A stretch of 63,681 nucleotides of DNA, counting the filler, from an uncultured virus (IMG/VR IMGVR_UViG_2061766007_001711) (lineage: Duplodnaviria; Heunggongvirae; Uroviricota; Caudoviricetes). It is 5 parts of one record of this genome, joined end to end, with 100 filler letters (N's around TTAATTAATTAA, not from the genome) between each part and the next. Parts side by side here need not be neighbours in the genome. Positions count along the whole stretch, not along the records: positions 54,394 to 63,681 come from IMGVR_UViG_2061766007_001711; 4 more parts are not named here. One strand, given 5' to 3'. Within the stretch, counting starts at the first letter, position 1. The number at the start of each line of letters is the position of its first letter. This document shows, in pieces, positions 59,795 to 63,681 of this stretch. A model generated the notes under the pieces. It ran no database searches. It saw only the letters and a list, made by a program, of their open reading frames with translations, and had not been told where the DNA came from. The position numbers and the translations under genes are program-made.

Positions 59795-60934
59795 ATGGCT
59801 CAGACTATACGTACATTTTCTAGTACTATGTCGCAAGATGCTCAAGTAATTGAACGTAGCGATATTCGTAAGTTGAAGTTTTTTCATACTGGCGATCATG
59901 ACCCGTTTGAGACATTTGATCCGATCGGTGATAGTGATACGAACATTGCAATACCGAATGGCGTACCTGCACATACAAATGATGATGCAACAAAATCGCT
60001 TGTGATTGAATCTGACGGTAGTGTGCCTGCTTGGAAACAGCGCGTGTCTGGTAGACTAATTGAGGATGATGGCCATGGCGGTACGACGTCGACTGACATT
60101 GAATCGATGACTATCAATCTCAACGCGTCGACGTATGGTATGATGCGTATACGGCCTGTTGGCGGCTCTCAAACCATGCTGGGATTTTTTGTTCCTGATT
60201 ATACTCTAGGCGCGAATGCAGATAAAGCACTTGTTGTAAATGAGTATGGTAATGGTCTCGAATGGAAGACTCCGCCTACCGCAATTAAGTATTTTATAAT
60301 TGGTGCCGATGCTTCGGACATTGTCGCTGCACTTGATGATGGGTTCTTTCCGATTGTGGTTGATCGCCATACTGGTGGTGGTGGCTATCGTACCGATTTC
60401 ACGTACTATCTCGGTTTCCGCGATTGGCATAATGACGATCTCGTCTTTATCAAGAGCGATGGAAGCGAAGGTTATACCGTAAGCGGTTCGACATGGACTA
60501 AGTTCGATACGCGCGGTGATGAGCTCCGTGTTCTTGATAATAGTAATGTTGACAGTTTTGATACGCCTGGGACGTATTCGTGTGATGTCACGGAAGGCCA
60601 AGTTCTTAATATAGAGCTTGATGCGAATGGTTCTGTACGAATAAATATTGGAACACAGAGTGAGAAAACAATTCACAGCTTAATTTCTGTTGCCTCGGGT
60701 TCTCATTCATGCGCATATTTCACGATGGTTTGGACTGATGAGTCACTAGCTAACCGCGTCATCGAAATTGATACAAGTGTTGCTGATACTTGGCTATTCG
60801 ATGTGACAATCCGTCGTGTACAGTATAACAATCAGTGGTATAGCGTCGCGCGTATTCTTGACTTGCCGTGCGGTTATAGGCCTCAAGCCAACCAGCTCCA
60901 GGTAAGTGACACCAGCTGGATAGGACGTTGCTAA
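59795..60934 (+). CDS. putative tail fibre protein
   Basis: Fibre-like LVIESDGSVPAW / LVVNEYGNGLEW repeats and a DIVAALDDGFFPIV domain related to those in 55057-56358. Confidence 0.55.
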   Translation: MAQTIRTFSSTMSQDAQVIERSDIRKLKFFHTGDHDPFETFDPIGDSDTNIAIPNGVPAHTNDDATKSLVIESDGSVPAWKQRVSGRLIEDDGHGGTTSTDIESMTINLNASTYGMMRIRPVGGSQTMLGFFVPDYTLGANADKALVVNEYGNGLEWKTPPTAIKYFIIGADASDIVAALDDGFFPIVVDRHTGGGGYRTDFTYYLGFRDWHNDDLVFIKSDGSEGYTVSGSTWTKFDTRGDELRVLDNSNVDSFDTPGTYSCDVTEGQVLNIELDANGSVRINIGTQSEKTIHSLISVASGSHSCAYFTMVWTDESLANRVIEIDTSVADTWLFDVTIRRVQYNNQWYSVARILDLPCGYRPQANQLQVSDTSWIGRC

Positions 60935-61371
60935 TGAATATTTTAGCGGTTACACCTATTCGGCCGGGCACAATCATCTCCCCGTGCAATCTTGGCAAGA
61001 TTCCGAGATTAGTTAGTGAGCTTGTGCCGGTACATGATGCGCGCGAAGTCAATATAAACATTAATCGTGCACGTTTGCAAAAGATGTTTGTAGAAAAGTA
61101 TTTCGGCTTGTATGACTTTGTGCTCTTATTGGATAGCGATGTAGCTGTCGATTATCAGACGGTGCAATTACTAGTTGATGCTTGGAAACCCGGTACAGTT
61201 CCATGCGCAAACACGAAAGGTATACAGACAGATCATGTAGTCACGAGTTGCGCATTGATCTCACGTGCTGATTACCGAAATGTCAATTACGTGACTAATC
61301 CGTATACTTGTCAATGTATGAAATTGCCGAGCACTTTTTATGTCAAAGGTGCTTTGGCTAAAGAACTTTAA
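60934..61371 (+). CDS. small GT-A-fold glycosyltransferase-like protein
   Basis: NINRARL...YDFVLLLDSDV (DxD)...SCALIS. Confidence 0.55.
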   Translation: MNILAVTPIRPGTIISPCNLGKIPRLVSELVPVHDAREVNININRARLQKMFVEKYFGLYDFVLLLDSDVAVDYQTVQLLVDAWKPGTVPCANTKGIQTDHVVTSCALISRADYRNVNYVTNPYTCQCMKLPSTFYVKGALAKEL

Positions 61372-61386
61372 TAAGGAGAACCAACA

Positions 61387-61902
61387 ATGGCTAATATGTA
61401 CAAGATGGCAAAAGCATTTGGGCGCGCAGCTCATGGCAACAGTAGTGACGCTGCGAAGTACGCTAGACAATCATATGAACGTGATCTTCGCCGGTATGAC
61501 AAAGATCCTAGCGCATCTGGCCGGGCCGAAGCATTTAATCGTGGAAGCGAAGAAAAGTTCATGGATGAACGCAACCTTACAGTAGATCGTGATGGTCGTC
61601 CTAGCGTTGAGATCGAGCGTGATGAACGTGTTATTGATCAGCACGGTGATGCACGTACCGATGAAAACATGCAGAAAGAACTTAGCGATGCTTTTGATGA
61701 AGCTGCTGAACGTCATGGCTATGACAAGTGGCGCAAGGAAGCTGCGGACAAGCCGGCCGATGATGGTATGGGCGGCGAGATTCATAATGTCGAACGCGAA
61801 CTGACCGAAGACGAAGTGCGCCAGCGCATGATTGATGATCTTAAACGCGGCGCTGATATTTCGGATGTTCTCGAATTTGGGCGCGGTTTCTTCGAAAAAT
61901 AA
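61387..61902 (+). CDS. acidic hypothetical protein
   Basis: AAGGAG RBS; 171 aa. Confidence 0.7.
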   Translation: MANMYKMAKAFGRAAHGNSSDAAKYARQSYERDLRRYDKDPSASGRAEAFNRGSEEKFMDERNLTVDRDGRPSVEIERDERVIDQHGDARTDENMQKELSDAFDEAAERHGYDKWRKEAADKPADDGMGGEIHNVERELTEDEVRQRMIDDLKRGADISDVLEFGRGFFEK

Positions 61903-61929
61903 CAAATATCATCTTAAAAGTTCTATATT

Positions 61930-62036
61930 GAAATATTATCTTACTGGCCCATTTTCTTTTATAAAAACGCGAAAAAAATTTTGAAAATTTTTTTTCAAAT
62001 TTTATAAAGAATTTTAGGGCAGTAAGATATATTTTC
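61930..62036. repeat. AT-rich imperfect inverted repeat (about 105 bp)
   Basis: ATCTTACTGGCCC...TTCTTTTATAAAA mirrored by TTTTATAAAGAA...GGGCAGTAAGAT around an A-run/T-run core. Confidence 0.7.
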
Positions 62037-62080
62037 AGTTTGAAGGTTTCAAGATTAATTTCTAAATACTGGATGCAAAT

Positions 62081-62843
62081 ATGGGAAAGTTTTCACCTGA
62101 ACTGCTTAAATATATATATCGTACAAGCTTGGCGCAAATCCAGCTAGTGTTGCATATAAATTTGATGAATTGCCGGAAGTAGTACGTGATAATTGGTTAG
62201 CATCATTTGGCGATATACGTCAGAATGATTTTCTACGTAAATCTCCGCGCCTAGTAAAACGTGCCGAATTAAGCGGACTCGCATCTAACGTGTCTGGTGA
62301 TTTTGTTCATCCATATGTTTCGACGGTATCGAATATTCAAGTACCGGCCGCGGTGCGTGCGCGTTCTAATCCTGACCCGGAGGTTATTATACATGAAGGC
62401 GTCCATAATATGGATGATGCGCTATATTCAGTGATTAATAGATCAATAGGCGCAGATAAGTCGTTCTTTCTACCTGTGCTTGAGAATACCGGGTCTGATA
62501 TAGGCGCGGCATTGCCACCGATCCCGATAGCTGAACCACTACGGGCATTTGGTGCGAAAGCCGATATGCGTCCTGATTTAGTCGACCGGCACCTTGGTGC
62601 TGACGCGCACGGCCTTGACTATTATAAAAAGACCGGCGACGTAAATTGGGATAAAGTTTCATATGAAGCTATTGCGCAAATGCTTCAAAGGCCAAGACCG
62701 TTCTCAGCGAATAGGGCATATAGTAACGTTGTCGATGTTCTTGAGGCCAATCCGTTAACGCGGTACGATATAACATTCGATAACTTGTTTAGAGATAACA
62801 GTAACATAAGAGAAAATGTACCTGTATTTGTTACTCGTGCTGG
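62081..62843 (+). CDS. HExxH metallopeptidase-like protein, frameshifted at a TA dinucleotide run
   Basis: IIHEGVHNMD plus a downstream YEAIAQ; ATG at 62081 joins the 62170 frame if one TA at 62111-62119 is removed. Confidence 0.5.
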
Positions 62844-63681
62844 NNNNNNNNNNCGCTGACGCACATGGCCTTGACTATTATAAAAAGACCGGCGACGTAA
62901 ATTGGGATAAAGTTTCNNNNNNNNNNNNNNNNNNNNNNNNNNNNNNNNNNNNNNNNNNNNNNNNNNNNNNNNNNNNNNNNNNNNNNNNNNNNNNNNNNNN
63001 NNNNNNNNNNNNNNNNNNNNNNNNNNNNNNNNNNNNNNNNNNNNNNNNNNNNNNNNNNNNNNNNNNNNNNNNNNNNNNNNNNNNNNNNNNNNNNNNNNNN
63101 NNNNNNNNNNNNNNNNNNNNNNNNNNNNNNNNNNNNNNNNNNNNNNNNNNNNNNNNNNNNNNNNNNNNNNNNNNNNNNNNNNNNNNNNNNNNNNNNNNNN
63201 NNNNNNNNNNNNNNNNNNNNNNNNNNNNNNNNNNNNNNNNNNNNNNNNNNNNNNNNNNNNNNNNNNNNNNNNNNNNNNNNNNNNNNNNNNNNNNNNNNNN
63301 NNNNNNNNNNNNNNNNNNNNNNNNNNNNNNNNNNNNNNNNNNNNNNNNNNNNNNNNNNNNNNNNNNNNNNNNNNNNNNNNNNNNNNNNNNNNNNNNNNNN
63401 NNNNNNNNNNNNNNNNNNNNNNNNNNNNNNNNNNNNNNNNNNNNNNNNNNNNNNNNNNNNNNNNNNNNNNNNNNNNNNNNNNNNNNNNNNNNNNNNNNNN
63501 NNNNNNNNNNNNNNNNNNNNNNNNNNNNNNNNNNNNNNNNNNNNNNNNNNNNNNNNNNNNNNNNNNNNNNNNNNNNNNNNNNNNNNNNNNNNNNNNNNNN
63601 NNNCATATGTACTTTGCATTTGTCACAGTATATCATCATGTCTCCTCTACCCAGTGGTCGCATATACCGAGTGTATCGGTA

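Noticed and set aside
55057..60934. Diversity-generating retroelement acting on tail genes
   Set aside because: No reverse transcriptase, and no template/variable repeat pair with adenine-specific differences seen.

Overview
This window is not one contiguous molecule. It is a concatenated viral bin of five scaffolds (about 1-5509, 5610-7658, 7759-32132, 32233-54293, 54394-63681), joined by artificial N...TTAATTAATTAA...N linkers. Many short N joins, mostly 10 N, place near-identical strain alleles side by side. Content is tailed dsDNA phage throughout. (i) A GC-rich P22-like podovirus late module on the minus strand: TerS candidate, TerL, portal, scaffold, P22-type coat, adaptor, gp10-like tail hub, ejection proteins, mini-MuF, tail adaptor/fibres, BspA/DUF285-like proteins, holin-like protein, DUF1353, DUF5675 endolysin candidate and glycosyltransferases. 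(ii) A divergent early module: two alternative RHH + replication-initiator cassettes, PD-(D/E)XK exonuclease, Sak4-like ATPase, SSB-like protein, three DNA methyltransferases, PcfK/PcfJ, ASCH and pentapeptide proteins, and many small mosaic genes. (iii) Visibly lower-GC pieces with a family B DNA polymerase and an SF3 primase-helicase, probably from a second phage that shares accessory modules. The most notable signals are four. A cluster of structured non-coding RNAs includes a twice-sampled, covarying double pseudoknot with HDV-like topology but no HDV catalytic strand. A cytosine methyltransferase has repeated target-recognition-like units that are each offset by +1 frame. A family of constant/variable/constant cassette genes ends in a shared RBS-bearing boundary. 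An origin-like iteron tract lies outside, and inverted to, a linker-less initiator gene. Family names come from motif recognition by eye, not from database searches. The host cannot be established from the sequence.
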